Source of the DNA: a virus
Taxonomy: Duplodnaviria; Caudoviricetes
DNA: 29,445 nucleotides
Virus record (IMG/VR): IMGVR_UViG_3300046786_000270
Coordinates: 1 to 29,445 of that record
Strand: one strand, 5' to 3'
The position numbers and the translations under genes were made by a program. This document shows positions 9,672-19,033 of this stretch, in pieces. Each line of letters starts with the position of its first letter. Position 1 is the stretch's first letter. The notes below the pieces were generated by a model that made no database searches, was not told the DNA's origin, and saw only the letters and a program-made list of their open reading frames with translations.

Positions 9672-9681
9672 TCCAAAATAA

Positions 9682-9710
9682 TTGATTTTTAACAGAATAT
9701 AGTGTATAGT
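9682..9710 (+). promoter_or_regulatory. sigma70-type promoter TTGATT-N17-TATAGT
   Basis: -35 at 9682-9687, 17-nt spacer, -10 at 9705-9710. SD AAGGAG at 9722-9727 precedes GTG 9732. Confidence 0.6.
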
Positions 9711-9731
9711 CTATATTCGGAAAGGAGTATC

Positions 9732-10295
9732 GTGAGATATATTAACCTACTTAGTACTAAAGTACTTACTATAATGATGTTTTTGTTTGTTGGTCTAACC
9801 ACCACTACAAACACTGCCATATCGGATCAACGAATCTTACCCAAAATTAGTTTAGAGCAAGTTAAAAAGATTGATCCAAAACAGTTAGCTTGTATGGCTA
9901 ACAATATCTTCCATGAAGCAAATGGAGAAAGTTATAAAGGACAAGTCGCAGTAGCACGTGTTGTAATGAACCGTGTTAACCACGGCTTTGGTGCGAATCC
10001 ATGTAAAGTTATTCATCAAGTCACAAAAGTTGACAATAAGAAAGTATGCCAATTCAGTTGGGTATGTGACATGAAGCCACCACCAAATAAGGATAGTTTA
10101 GCGTATCAACGTGCATTGACGATTGCATATGAAGTAATGGTATACGATATGCACAAAGAAGTATTGCCCAAGAATGCATTATTCTTCCATAGTATTCATA
10201 TTGACCCACTATGGCCATATAAGCAAGTTGCAGTTATCGGTAATCATATTTTTTATTCTAAGATAAAGAAAAATGACACTAAGCAAAAGTCCTGA
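9732..10295 (+). CDS. cell wall hydrolase, SleB/CwlJ (Hydrolase_2) family, with N-terminal hydrophobic anchor or signal
   Basis: CMANNIFHEANGE (catalytic Glu), GQVAVARVVMNRV, CQFSW, ALFFH, IGNHIFY. Start reassigned to GTG 9732 on the basis of the SD and promoter. Confidence 0.9.
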   Translation: MRYINLLSTKVLTIMMFLFVGLTTTTNTAISDQRILPKISLEQVKKIDPKQLACMANNIFHEANGESYKGQVAVARVVMNRVNHGFGANPCKVIHQVTKVDNKKVCQFSWVCDMKPPPNKDSLAYQRALTIAYEVMVYDMHKEVLPKNALFFHSIHIDPLWPYKQVAVIGNHIFYSKIKKNDTKQKS

Positions 10296-10842
10296 TCGTG
10301 GGTCGTTCTCACTTAAAGTATTAGCTAAGAAAGTAGAATCCGGGGAGAAATCTCTGGAATCTGCTGAACAATATCTGGATTTTTTAAAAACTCATGCTGA
10401 GTTGATTGAAGAAAACGAAAATAAACCCGAGTTTAAAATCAATAACTTAGAGTATGATTTGCGTACCACTGATTGGATACTAGAAAAAGCACGTAAAAAT
10501 AAAGGATATGCTCAAAATCTATATGCTGCCATTTGTAACAATGAATTCATTAGAAACGATGTATGGCCCTTATTAACTAGAGAAGTTTGGCATTGTTCAT
10601 GGCGCTACGCCGCGGGCATTATTAGCGATATGCGACAAGAAGGGGATTACATTGATTGGTATTGTTCTGGAATAACTGATTCTACGGCAAAAGTAGATGA
10701 TGACCAATTTCAGAACATGAGCAAAGACGCACAAGAACATTATTTACTAGTTGTGAATTATGTTAGTGAATCGGTTGTTACTGATGAAATACGTGAAGAT
10801 TTATTGAAACTAGGTTGGGTTGTTCAGGATAATGACAGTTAA
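10273..10842 (+). CDS. hypothetical phage protein
   Basis: 189-aa ORF overlapping both neighbours; motif-like YAQNLYAAICNN...WHCSWR...GDYIDWYCSG; no function recognised. Confidence 0.7.
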   Translation: MTLSKSPDRGSFSLKVLAKKVESGEKSLESAEQYLDFLKTHAELIEENENKPEFKINNLEYDLRTTDWILEKARKNKGYAQNLYAAICNNEFIRNDVWPLLTREVWHCSWRYAAGIISDMRQEGDYIDWYCSGITDSTAKVDDDQFQNMSKDAQEHYLLVVNYVSESVVTDEIREDLLKLGWVVQDNDS

Positions 10843-11515
10843 TGTATTTGTGGGGTATGATAGTACACAAGAAGATGCGTTTAATGTGTGCAGTTACTCG
10901 TTAAAGAGACACGGTGATGTAAACGTCATCCCATTAAAACAACAAGACCTTAGAGATAGAAACATCTATACTAGAGATATTGATACTGAGGCTAGTACAG
11001 AGTTTAGTCTTACTAGGTTTCTAGTTCCCTATTTAAGCAACTATGAAGGATTCTCACTGTTTTGCGACAGCGATTTCTTGTGGACAGAAAATGTAGAAAA
11101 TGTTTTTAAACAGTTTAAAGACAAGAACAAATGTGTTATGGTAGTAAAGCATGACTACACACCCAAAACAGAAATAAAAATGGATAACAAAGTACAACAT
11201 AAACTACCCAGAAAGAATTGGAGTAGTATGATGTTGTTCAATAATAGTGAATGCAAGTCACTAACTCCTAACATAGTTAATCGTGCTACCCCTAAATATC
11301 TGCATCAATTCATGTGGTTAACAGATAGACAGATTGGTGAATTAAGCTATGAGTATAATTGGCTTGTTGGGTATTACTCTGAAACAGAGTCTAAGAAACC
11401 CAAAGCCATACATTATACAGACGGCGGACCTTGGCACAAAGGATATGAAAACTGTGAATACAGTGATTTATGGAAGAATGAATATGAACTTTATCGGAAG
11501 CAATTGCAACTTTAA
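10832..11515 (+). CDS. glycosyltransferase, GT8-like (GT-A fold)
   Basis: VFVGYD, STEFSLTRFLVPYL, FCDSDFL (DxD), RKNWSSMMLFN, NWLVG, AIHYTDGGPW are the hallmarks of this GT8-related family. Confidence 0.85.
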   Translation: MTVNVFVGYDSTQEDAFNVCSYSLKRHGDVNVIPLKQQDLRDRNIYTRDIDTEASTEFSLTRFLVPYLSNYEGFSLFCDSDFLWTENVENVFKQFKDKNKCVMVVKHDYTPKTEIKMDNKVQHKLPRKNWSSMMLFNNSECKSLTPNIVNRATPKYLHQFMWLTDRQIGELSYEYNWLVGYYSETESKKPKAIHYTDGGPWHKGYENCEYSDLWKNEYELYRKQLQL

Positions 11516-11912
11516 CAATATATTGCGTGAGAGATTAACGGTTGATTGTACCGTAGTCAGTAATGTCGACGGAGACTATTCCGATCAAATGAACGGGGAA
11601 CACAACATACTCATACTACCAATCAACTCATTAGAAGAATATAATAAACATACCGGATTAGGCATGAATAAAATGATTGATAGTGGGTTTTATGGTTCAA
11701 TGCAGACTTATACCGCAGTTTATGTATACATGTTAGAACATGTAGATATTGAATTAATCATCGACACTATCAACAACTTTGACAAAAGGAACCTAGTTGA
11801 TAACATATGGATCTATCCTAAACTAGATAAAATGAAGTTCAGAGACAATACAGTAGAGAACTTACCCTGGCAGAAACGCTATGTTAATACCATAGTCGCT
11901 AAAAGTTCTTGA
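11478..11912 (+). CDS. hypothetical protein
   Basis: Likely start at ATG 11478 or 11484, overlapping the end of the GT8 gene; the longer 11349 start would overlap it heavily. Its 3' end overlaps the convergent ORF by 51 nt. Confidence 0.55.
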   Translation: MNMNFIGSNCNFNNILRERLTVDCTVVSNVDGDYSDQMNGEHNILILPINSLEEYNKHTGLGMNKMIDSGFYGSMQTYTAVYVYMLEHVDIELIIDTINNFDKRNLVDNIWIYPKLDKMKFRDNTVENLPWQKRYVNTIVAKSS

Positions 11913-12140
11913 TATCAATTTAAATTGACTGTCATTGAGCAAGTTATTGTAACTGTCAACAGAAGTCCAAGACAACTCATACATATCATTTATCGGTACA
12001 ATTTCTTTAATTGATTTTGGAATGTAATTACATAGTAGTTGTGACACTATATCGTGCTGTTGCCAACTAAAATCACGCAATATATCTTGGCTCTTATCAC
12101 CATCAAAAGTAAACTTAACAAAATTCTTATACATATTCAC
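11862..12140 (-). CDS. hypothetical protein
   Basis: 92-aa ORF whose start overlaps the end of the upstream cupin gene. Confidence 0.55.
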   Translation of the reverse strand: MNMYKNFVKFTFDGDKSQDILRDFSWQQHDIVSQLLCNYIPKSIKEIVPINDMYELSWTSVDSYNNLLNDSQFKLISRTFSDYGINIAFLPG

Positions 12141-12615
12141 ATACTACCAAATGAACTCTAGTGAAATTGTTGCTACTGTTGAATACTGTATGTAATCTGC
12201 GCCCATCTAGTCTATAGATATACCCATCACTAGGGATACTGAATCCTGTATTACTCTCAAAATCATACGCAATACAGCCAGGATCAGTGAACAATGCAAT
12301 GTGATATCGTGCTTCAATATCTCTGTGCATGGTTAACAATTTTTCATGTGGCATTATCATTAATCTAGCACGACCAATTTTGCCAGGAATTAGTTTTAAT
12401 GTATCTTCCCAAATCGTGTTTTTGAATAGACTATTCATATACTTGAATTCAGTATAGATTAATCTTTGTCCACTATTTTTGACGTAATCATCCACTCCAT
12501 CGTGGTTATTTAAACAGATTCTATTTTTATTCTTAGGCCATGTGTCTATGTTTTTAAGATAGTCTTTTCTAAGACTATCTAGGTCTACTTTGATATTAGT
12601 GTTTTCTACTAGCAT
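12127..12615 (-). CDS. 2OG/Fe(II) dioxygenase, aspartyl/asparaginyl beta-hydroxylase-like cupin
   Basis: GRARLMIM...MHRD...RYHIAL...DG..Y..D....HTVFN....RVHLV: HxD...H facial triad plus the 2OG-binding Arg. Confidence 0.8.
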   Translation of the reverse strand: MLVENTNIKVDLDSLRKDYLKNIDTWPKNKNRICLNNHDGVDDYVKNSGQRLIYTEFKYMNSLFKNTIWEDTLKLIPGKIGRARLMIMPHEKLLTMHRDIEARYHIALFTDPGCIAYDFESNTGFSIPSDGYIYRLDGRRLHTVFNSSNNFTRVHLVVCEYV

Positions 12616-13463
12616 AATCTGTCAAACAAGTGTGTGATTCTGACCTTTTTATCTGGGTCAGTCGTTTCTCTGTCAAGCCCTAAGTATAAACAATCAGAAA
12701 CACCTACGTTCAATAATTCACACGCACGTTGCTGAACGTGTTGATATTTATCGGTGAAATAGTCTATTCCAAACGTTTTCATAACCTTTCTAGCAACTTG
12801 ACACCCGTACAAGTTCTTATATGCATGTACGTGATATAAGTCGTATTCGGGAATGTATAAGTCAGTATACATGATTCCTATTCTATGGTATGACAGTCCA
12901 AATCCTTTGCTAAAACTATATAGAAAAGTCTCTACGTTATTGAGTTTATTAAAATCAAAATCAATATTAAACAGATTGGTTCCTAAGAATACACTATCCA
13001 ATGTAATTTTACTTTTGCTACGTGTTAATAGTCTTTCTACATCTTTACAACTAGCGCCGTTTAAGCTACGTGGGTAACTTAATATAGTTAGTTTATTTGG
13101 ATCATTTCCCATGTCATTGAAACTACTGTATGTTTTACTAGACATATTGTACAACTCAATCATTTTATGATAAGCTGTATATTCATTGGTTTGTAGTTCT
13201 AATGTGCGTTTCTCAAACTTACACATATCACTGATATACTGACTGGCGCCATGGATAATGTATGCATACTTAAATCTGTCCAACCCACGTATTTTAGTTT
13301 TGTTTCCCGACTGCAACCAAGTAGTACATTCACTACGAAAGTTATTGAGTATTTCATACCTAGTATCCCATGTAGGTAACTCAATCTCACTAGATATTGT
13401 TTTTTCAAGTTCCGGGAAGATATAAGGGACAAACTGGTTTTCTAACACAGAGTAGGTTTGCAT
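12609..13463 (-). CDS. PLP-dependent enzyme (fold type I, aminotransferase class I/II-like), compact
   Basis: HGASQ, ILSYP..N, TLDSVF (PLP-binding Asp), YSFSKGFGLSYHRIG (Schiff-base Lys in SxSK...G...R.G). Confidence 0.75.
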   Translation of the reverse strand: MQTYSVLENQFVPYIFPELEKTISSEIELPTWDTRYEILNNFRSECTTWLQSGNKTKIRGLDRFKYAYIIHGASQYISDMCKFEKRTLELQTNEYTAYHKMIELYNMSSKTYSSFNDMGNDPNKLTILSYPRSLNGASCKDVERLLTRSKSKITLDSVFLGTNLFNIDFDFNKLNNVETFLYSFSKGFGLSYHRIGIMYTDLYIPEYDLYHVHAYKNLYGCQVARKVMKTFGIDYFTDKYQHVQQRACELLNVGVSDCLYLGLDRETTDPDKKVRITHLFDRLC

Positions 13464-13475
13464 CTAAATATTTAT
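13464..13475. promoter_or_regulatory. bidirectional palindromic TAAATA (T4-late-like) promoter element between divergent start codons
   Basis: CAT-CTAAATATTTAT-ATG: palindrome TAAATATTTA (13465-13474), with TAAATA exactly 5 nt before the ATG on each strand. Confidence 0.6.
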
Positions 13476-14372
13476 ATGATACACTTTAACCTTTACATAA
13501 ACCCAGGATATGGAAAGTTTATGGGTCAAAGTCTATGTCATTATGGGATACTATTACAGAACAATCAATATAACATTGTTTATGATTGTATAAACCCAGT
13601 GAAACCGTATTATATTATTGATGAAGCTATAATACTACACCCCACATTGTGTAATAAAATACGCAACGAACCCAATGTTGTTGTATATAAGAATGGTAAG
13701 ATTGTGTTATCTAAAGTAACCGACGATAACGATATTGTTACTTTCTACGATGATGTATATGATTTGTCAGACAGTAAGGATAAGTCTTACGTGGACAGCC
13801 AGTTTAACAATATAGATTTAACCCGCAAGATTTACAGTACCAATACTGAACCCATGCCTAATTTAAAGAAAACAGAGAATATATCAGGATTGGCTAGTGG
13901 GTATTATTTAGCTGAAATGGCATATAGAACGTTGGCTAAGAACGTGTACTACTTTGATTACAGTTATGACAGCTTAAACTTCCAACAAAGATTAATTAAC
14001 TCTGATGACAGATATAAACTCTTTATTGAGAACATAGGTAACATGACAGTGGGTAACAGAGATACTAATATGGCTGACTTAGAATCATTGGATATGAATA
14101 ATATCAATAAGTACTACGACTATCTACGAACAGCCAATGTTACATTATTGGAAATAGACTTACGGAAATCACACGACATAAATAATTTATTCAATGTTTT
14201 ACCAGAAAACACAACATTGTGGATAAGCAATGTTCTACACTATATAACCACTATTAACGATTATAGTCGTGAAAGATATGAATTGATAGATAAACTGTGT
14301 AAACTAAAGAATATTAACCTACTCCCGCATACAAGGATATACTATGAAGGCTCGAATAACTTGCCACAATGA
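13476..14372 (+). CDS. hypothetical protein with possible C-terminal SAM-binding Rossmann domain
   Basis: ISGLASG...VYYFDYS..SL (motif I/II-like), LEIDL, LWISNVLHY. Start ATG 13476 preferred over TTG 13458. Confidence 0.5.
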   Translation: MIHFNLYINPGYGKFMGQSLCHYGILLQNNQYNIVYDCINPVKPYYIIDEAIILHPTLCNKIRNEPNVVVYKNGKIVLSKVTDDNDIVTFYDDVYDLSDSKDKSYVDSQFNNIDLTRKIYSTNTEPMPNLKKTENISGLASGYYLAEMAYRTLAKNVYYFDYSYDSLNFQQRLINSDDRYKLFIENIGNMTVGNRDTNMADLESLDMNNINKYYDYLRTANVTLLEIDLRKSHDINNLFNVLPENTTLWISNVLHYITTINDYSRERYELIDKLCKLKNINLLPHTRIYYEGSNNLPQ

Positions 14373-14940
14373 CCACCCCCTAGGTAAGTTGTTTACTGAA
14401 TTATACGATGTTACCTTTTATAGTAGACGTAATGGGTTCGATATACATCGTGACTTGCCTATGTTTTTAAATGATACCCATAACTATGATATAACCATTA
14501 ATTTTACTAGGGGTATGCGTTTTGGTCAAGTAAATCTGTTAGCACAATTGGACGAACATTGCAATAAGAATAGGATTCATCATAAGGTCTTTAATATAGG
14601 AAGTTATGTGAATATACTGTTGTTGAACAGTCCGGAATCTAGTTATGACGTAGAAAAAGCTAGCTTAAAATACGCACATAGAAAGATAGCATTTGAACAT
14701 ATGTTCCATGATAATTATTTGGATAGCTATTTGTTAAATTTAGGACATGTTGATGAAATCAGTGTGGATATCAAGAATCAGTATAAGCATCTGAATACAT
14801 TGAATATAAGAGATATCATTGACAACATTAAGTTCATGCAATCAAGACCACATATTAAAGAGTTAAGTTTACAGTACAAACAACCCGGAAATCATAGGGT
14901 CAATGACGGTGTTGGAATTATTTTACCAGGATTATATTAA
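14344..14940 (+). CDS. short-chain dehydrogenase/reductase-like protein (truncated, degenerate NAD-binding loop)
   Basis: SR.NGFDI, DITINF, VFNIGS and YDVEK (YxxxK). The TGxxxGxG loop is replaced by TCHNDHPLG. Confidence 0.55.
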   Translation: MKARITCHNDHPLGKLFTELYDVTFYSRRNGFDIHRDLPMFLNDTHNYDITINFTRGMRFGQVNLLAQLDEHCNKNRIHHKVFNIGSYVNILLLNSPESSYDVEKASLKYAHRKIAFEHMFHDNYLDSYLLNLGHVDEISVDIKNQYKHLNTLNIRDIIDNIKFMQSRPHIKELSLQYKQPGNHRVNDGVGIILPGLY

Positions 14941-16343
14941 TGAGTTATTGGATACAACCAGACAACAGCCCACTGGGACGCTGGCAAAAAGACATTGCAA
15001 CTAAATCTAAAGTAGATACATTTTGTGTATTACCCTGGATACACTTTGCTACACGACCTAACGGCGATATGAGATTATGTTGTTCAGCCAATGCTAGCGG
15101 CGCGGGTGGAGATCATACAGTTGGATTAGTCAAGAATGAATTAGGACAACCCGCTAACTTTGGGCGTGAAACACCCATGAGTGCTTGGAACAATGATTAT
15201 ATGAAGTCTGTTAGAACTACCATGCTTAGTGGCAACATTCCTAGCAGTTGTAGCAAATGCTTTTTAGAAGAAAGTAAAGGCGTCAGTAGCAAAAGAGTAT
15301 GGGAAACATATACTTGGATGAATGACGTTGATATTGAAGAACTGATTAAACAGACTGAAGAAGATGGTACAATACCTGAAAAATTAGTATATCTTGATTT
15401 ACGATTAGGTCATACATGTCAATTAAAGTGTGTAATGTGTAGCCCGCATGATAGTAGTAAATGGGTGACTGAACATAAGAAAGTATATCCTATATATAAA
15501 CACCCTGAGTTAAAAAGACAAATGGGTTGGGATCAAGAATCATTTAACAACTATTGGCATGAAAATCCAGACTTCTGGGATGAAATGTATAAACAGATTC
15601 CTAATCTAAAACAAGTATATTTTGCTGGTGGCGAGCCACTAATGATTAAAGAACACAAGTTGTTTATTGAAGAAATCATTCGTCAGGGATATCAGGACAA
15701 GATACTATTACGTTATAACAGCAATGGATTATTAGTAGATGACGAAATCATTGAACTATGGAGTAAGTTTAAGAAAGTCAAATTTGGCTTCAGTCTAGAC
15801 GCTGTGGGAGATAGAAATTACTATATTAGATATCCTAGCGATTGGGACACGGTTGAGCGCAATTTACACAAACTAGACAACACTCCTGACAATATTGAAG
15901 TGTCATTAGCTACTGCTATCCAAATACTGAATATAAAGCATTTCCCAGACTTTATTAAATGGAAAGTCAATAGTAAGTTTAGAAAAGTCAATTTGAGCTA
16001 TGGACCCAATGGGCAGCAATATGGTGGCGGATTAGTGAATTTTCACTTATTGTACATTCCTACATATCTAAGTCTACGTGTGCTACCAGAGAGTGACAAA
16101 GAAGAAGTTAGAAAGTCATTCCAAGAACTTAAAGTTTGGTTATGGGATAACTATACACAAGACGATAACTTCTGGAAGATTAATCCATATGGTTGGAAAA
16201 GATTTGATGCGATATTAAACTTTATGGATGCTAGTGATGACACATACTTATTACCGGCTTTTACTGAATATATAGAAAACATTGACAGTCAACGCAAACT
16301 AAACTTTAAAGAAACATTCCCTGAATTAAGTCATTTATTATGA
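14940..16343 (+). CDS. radical SAM enzyme with N-terminal twitch/SPASM-like domain
   Basis: CVLPW...G..RLCC...WN...R...CSKC, then CQLKCVMC (CxxxCxxC), FAGGEP, YNSNG, SLD, YIRYPS.W. Confidence 0.92.
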   Translation: MSYWIQPDNSPLGRWQKDIATKSKVDTFCVLPWIHFATRPNGDMRLCCSANASGAGGDHTVGLVKNELGQPANFGRETPMSAWNNDYMKSVRTTMLSGNIPSSCSKCFLEESKGVSSKRVWETYTWMNDVDIEELIKQTEEDGTIPEKLVYLDLRLGHTCQLKCVMCSPHDSSKWVTEHKKVYPIYKHPELKRQMGWDQESFNNYWHENPDFWDEMYKQIPNLKQVYFAGGEPLMIKEHKLFIEEIIRQGYQDKILLRYNSNGLLVDDEIIELWSKFKKVKFGFSLDAVGDRNYYIRYPSDWDTVERNLHKLDNTPDNIEVSLATAIQILNIKHFPDFIKWKVNSKFRKVNLSYGPNGQQYGGGLVNFHLLYIPTYLSLRVLPESDKEEVRKSFQELKVWLWDNYTQDDNFWKINPYGWKRFDAILNFMDASDDTYLLPAFTEYIENIDSQRKLNFKETFPELSHLL

Positions 16344-17527
16344 ACGATGTATCTTGCATTTTACCATATATGCATACTTTGATTCAAACTAATGGTAGAA
16401 TTAAGTTGTGCTGTAACAGTTTGGAAGATAGTCAGCCACATGTCACTGACCAACCCTTTAGTGAACTAATAAACAACGAATTGCATAAAACAGTACGACA
16501 AAAGTTCCAACAGGGAATAGTTCCTAATGAATGTCGTAAGTGCTTTGAACAAGAACAAAACGGGGTAACCAGTTATAGGCAGGAACAAAACTACTTTAAC
16601 AGTGATAAAAAGAAAGAAGTTGGATTAAAGTACTTAGACATAAGATTCAACAATACCTGTAATTTAAAATGTGTTATGTGTAGTAGCGCCTTCAGTACAT
16701 TGTGGACTGAAGATGAACTTAAATTAAGTAAATCTGAAACGATATGGCTTAAAGAAGACATGGAGTCTAGAGCATTTGGGTACGATAAAAACAACTTTAA
16801 ATGGAATAGTGAAGATATTGTACTTGAGAACTTGAAAAATAACAATGACTTAGAGAGAATACACTTTGCAGGTGGGGAACCACTATTAAGCAAACAGCAT
16901 AAAGAGTTACTTCATTATCTAGTAGACACTGGTAGAAGCAAAGAGCTTATGATTAGTTATAATACCAATATTATTCTAATTGATGAAGAAATCATATCAT
17001 TATGGAATGAATTCAATAGAGTAAAGGTTTTTCTAAGTATTGACGGCACAGGAGATGTGTTAGAGTATATTCGTTTCCCGATACAGTATTCCAAAGTATT
17101 AGAAGTATTTGACCTTATATCCAAGTATTCTTCTAAAAACATAAGGTATGTGTTTCATTATACTTTAAGTGCGTTAAATCTATTATCACTACCCAAATTC
17201 ATTGATTACAAAATAAATCTTGACAATGAATTCATAAGCCCCGGTGAATTGTTTACTATGGATTGTGTTCGCGGACCAGCATATCTAGCAATAAATTTAC
17301 TTCCCAAATCGTTACTAGATTCGGTCAATGACCAACTTGAACAACTAAAAGTTAAGTATCCTAAATATAATAACGACATAGATAAGCTACAAAATAAGTT
17401 GCTTATGGAACACAAGATTTCAACAAACTATACAGTAAATCAACTATTTCAGTATTGTGAAGAACTAGACAGGGTCAGGGGAACTGATTCATCGTTTATT
17501 CTAGATGAAATCAGAACATATCTTTGA
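16340..17527 (+). CDS. radical SAM enzyme with N-terminal twitch/SPASM-like domain
   Basis: CILPY...LCC...CRKC, CNLKCVMC, FAGGEP, YNTN, SIDG, YIRFP, LDRVRG; paralog of 14940. Confidence 0.92.
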   Translation: MNDVSCILPYMHTLIQTNGRIKLCCNSLEDSQPHVTDQPFSELINNELHKTVRQKFQQGIVPNECRKCFEQEQNGVTSYRQEQNYFNSDKKKEVGLKYLDIRFNNTCNLKCVMCSSAFSTLWTEDELKLSKSETIWLKEDMESRAFGYDKNNFKWNSEDIVLENLKNNNDLERIHFAGGEPLLSKQHKELLHYLVDTGRSKELMISYNTNIILIDEEIISLWNEFNRVKVFLSIDGTGDVLEYIRFPIQYSKVLEVFDLISKYSSKNIRYVFHYTLSALNLLSLPKFIDYKINLDNEFISPGELFTMDCVRGPAYLAINLLPKSLLDSVNDQLEQLKVKYPKYNNDIDKLQNKLLMEHKISTNYTVNQLFQYCEELDRVRGTDSSFILDEIRTYL

Positions 17528-18104
17528 ACTTATCAAAGATATAATTAGCAACTAGTTTATGTGACTTTGGTCCGGGGTGTGTGCATTCCGTAAGGTCCAC
17601 ATGCGGTGTTTCAGTATTGATATCAAAGGATAACTTTATGTTCTTAGACCAATCAAATCTATTTTTAATGTCTAAGCATTCACTATCTTCTTCTGCAAAC
17701 CACTGAATATTAGGTATGTTGATTTGATTTAGGTAGCATGATGCATGATGTATATCCATATAACTTCTAACGGAAAGATTGTGTACATCATAAGTATCTT
17801 CTAACCATACTCTATTTTTGTGATTCTTAGGGTCTATCCATGCACCCATATTTTTTATTCCATCAGTAGTGTATATAGTTTCTCGGCAAGTATAAGTCCA
17901 ACCTATTACTACAACATCACTGGGTTCGAACTTGAAATTAAGAATTTCAAACAGTATTCTATTGCAACTACTACCAGGTATAGCTTTATTGATATATTGT
18001 CTGTTTGATAATACACTTAAATGATATCCATATGATTCTGTTTCTGGGTTTGATAATCCACTACCATACGAGTTACTATCACCGAATATAATCAATCTTT
18101 TCAT
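17511..18104 (-). CDS. SGNH/GDSL hydrolase (esterase or acyltransferase) family protein
   Basis: IIFGDSNSYG (block I Ser), NKAIPGSS (block II Gly), THPGPKSH (block V His). Confidence 0.8.
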   Translation of the reverse strand: MKRLIIFGDSNSYGSGLSNPETESYGYHLSVLSNRQYINKAIPGSSCNRILFEILNFKFEPSDVVVIGWTYTCRETIYTTDGIKNMGAWIDPKNHKNRVWLEDTYDVHNLSVRSYMDIHHASCYLNQINIPNIQWFAEEDSECLDIKNRFDWSKNIKLSFDINTETPHVDLTECTHPGPKSHKLVANYIFDKFKDMF

Positions 18105-19033
18105 ACTAATTTCTCTTTAGTCAATGGAATATCGGCAGCACACGTACAATAGTTTCTATCACATACGATTGGATCAGTGGGTATAATGAATGACCCGTTA
18201 TAGATATTACCTAAACTGCCACCTACACGGCATGTAGCACGATGTACATCGCCGTCCCAGTTAATCATTAAACTCTCTAACCCGGCATTACAAGTCCAAC
18301 CTTTGTATTGATTTAAATGGTGTTTAATTATATCATTTGCATGATACTGTTCTACTAGGTCGCCATCTTTATCACGTTTATAATAAACTAATGTATTGGC
18401 ACTTACTGTACTGTCGTTCTCTAGTATCCAGTCTAAATCATTCTGGTCATACTTCATATCATCAAACAAATCGTGGTCACCTTCTGTCCAACGAACTCTA
18501 CGAATATTATAAGGAACACTATAGAAATCTAATCTTCTTACAGCTTCTTTTACTGCTTTCATGTGTTTGTGATGAGCCATGACATGTACTACAATACTTT
18601 TCTTGTACTCATGTGGTGTATCAGAAGCATATAAACTAATGATTTTCTCAATGATTGGTTCCCAATCATATTCAAAGTGTACACTGAATACAAATTGATT
18701 TACCGTTAAATTGTAATACCAGGTACGTAGTCTAGTACCATTAGTAGTAACGCTGATATAGTTGATTTTTTCTTTGGTGTTAAGATAATCAATTAATTCA
18801 TTGAATTGGGGATGAACTGTTGGTTCTCCCCCTGTAAAACTGATTCTAAGGTTCTTGTTAATCTCACATAGTTTATCTACTGTTTGTTTCAGTAGATTAA
18901 TATCTGTATGTGGGCTGTAGTTGTCATGGATCACGCTAGGGCAATAACTACAATCATAGTTGCAACGTTTACCCAAGTTCCATTCAATTTTGACAGAGTT
19001 ATTGTGATCCCAACGATTTTCTACTTTATACAT
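18101..19033 (-). CDS. radical SAM enzyme with C-terminal twitch/SPASM-like domain
   Basis: CNYDCSYC, FTGGEPT, TTNG, C-terminal CNAG...ATC...GNI...CDRNYCTC. Confidence 0.92.
   Translation of the reverse strand: MYKVENRWDHNNSVKIEWNLGKRCNYDCSYCPSVIHDNYSPHTDINLLKQTVDKLCEINKNLRISFTGGEPTVHPQFNELIDYLNTKEKINYISVTTNGTRLRTWYYNLTVNQFVFSVHFEYDWEPIIEKIISLYASDTPHEYKKSIVVHVMAHHKHMKAVKEAVRRLDFYSVPYNIRRVRWTEGDHDLFDDMKYDQNDLDWILENDSTVSANTLVYYKRDKDGDLVEQYHANDIIKHHLNQYKGWTCNAGLESLMINWDGDVHRATCRVGGSLGNIYNGSFIIPTDPIVCDRNYCTCAADIPLTKEKLV

Noticed and set aside
195-9676. Short minus-strand ORFs (195-455, 2262-2462, 2476-2688, 3200-3418, 4310-4534, 4870-5067, 6678-6875, 8168-8410, 8636-8965, 9455-9676)
   Set aside because: Antisense shadows of well-supported plus-strand genes, with no motifs or translation signals.
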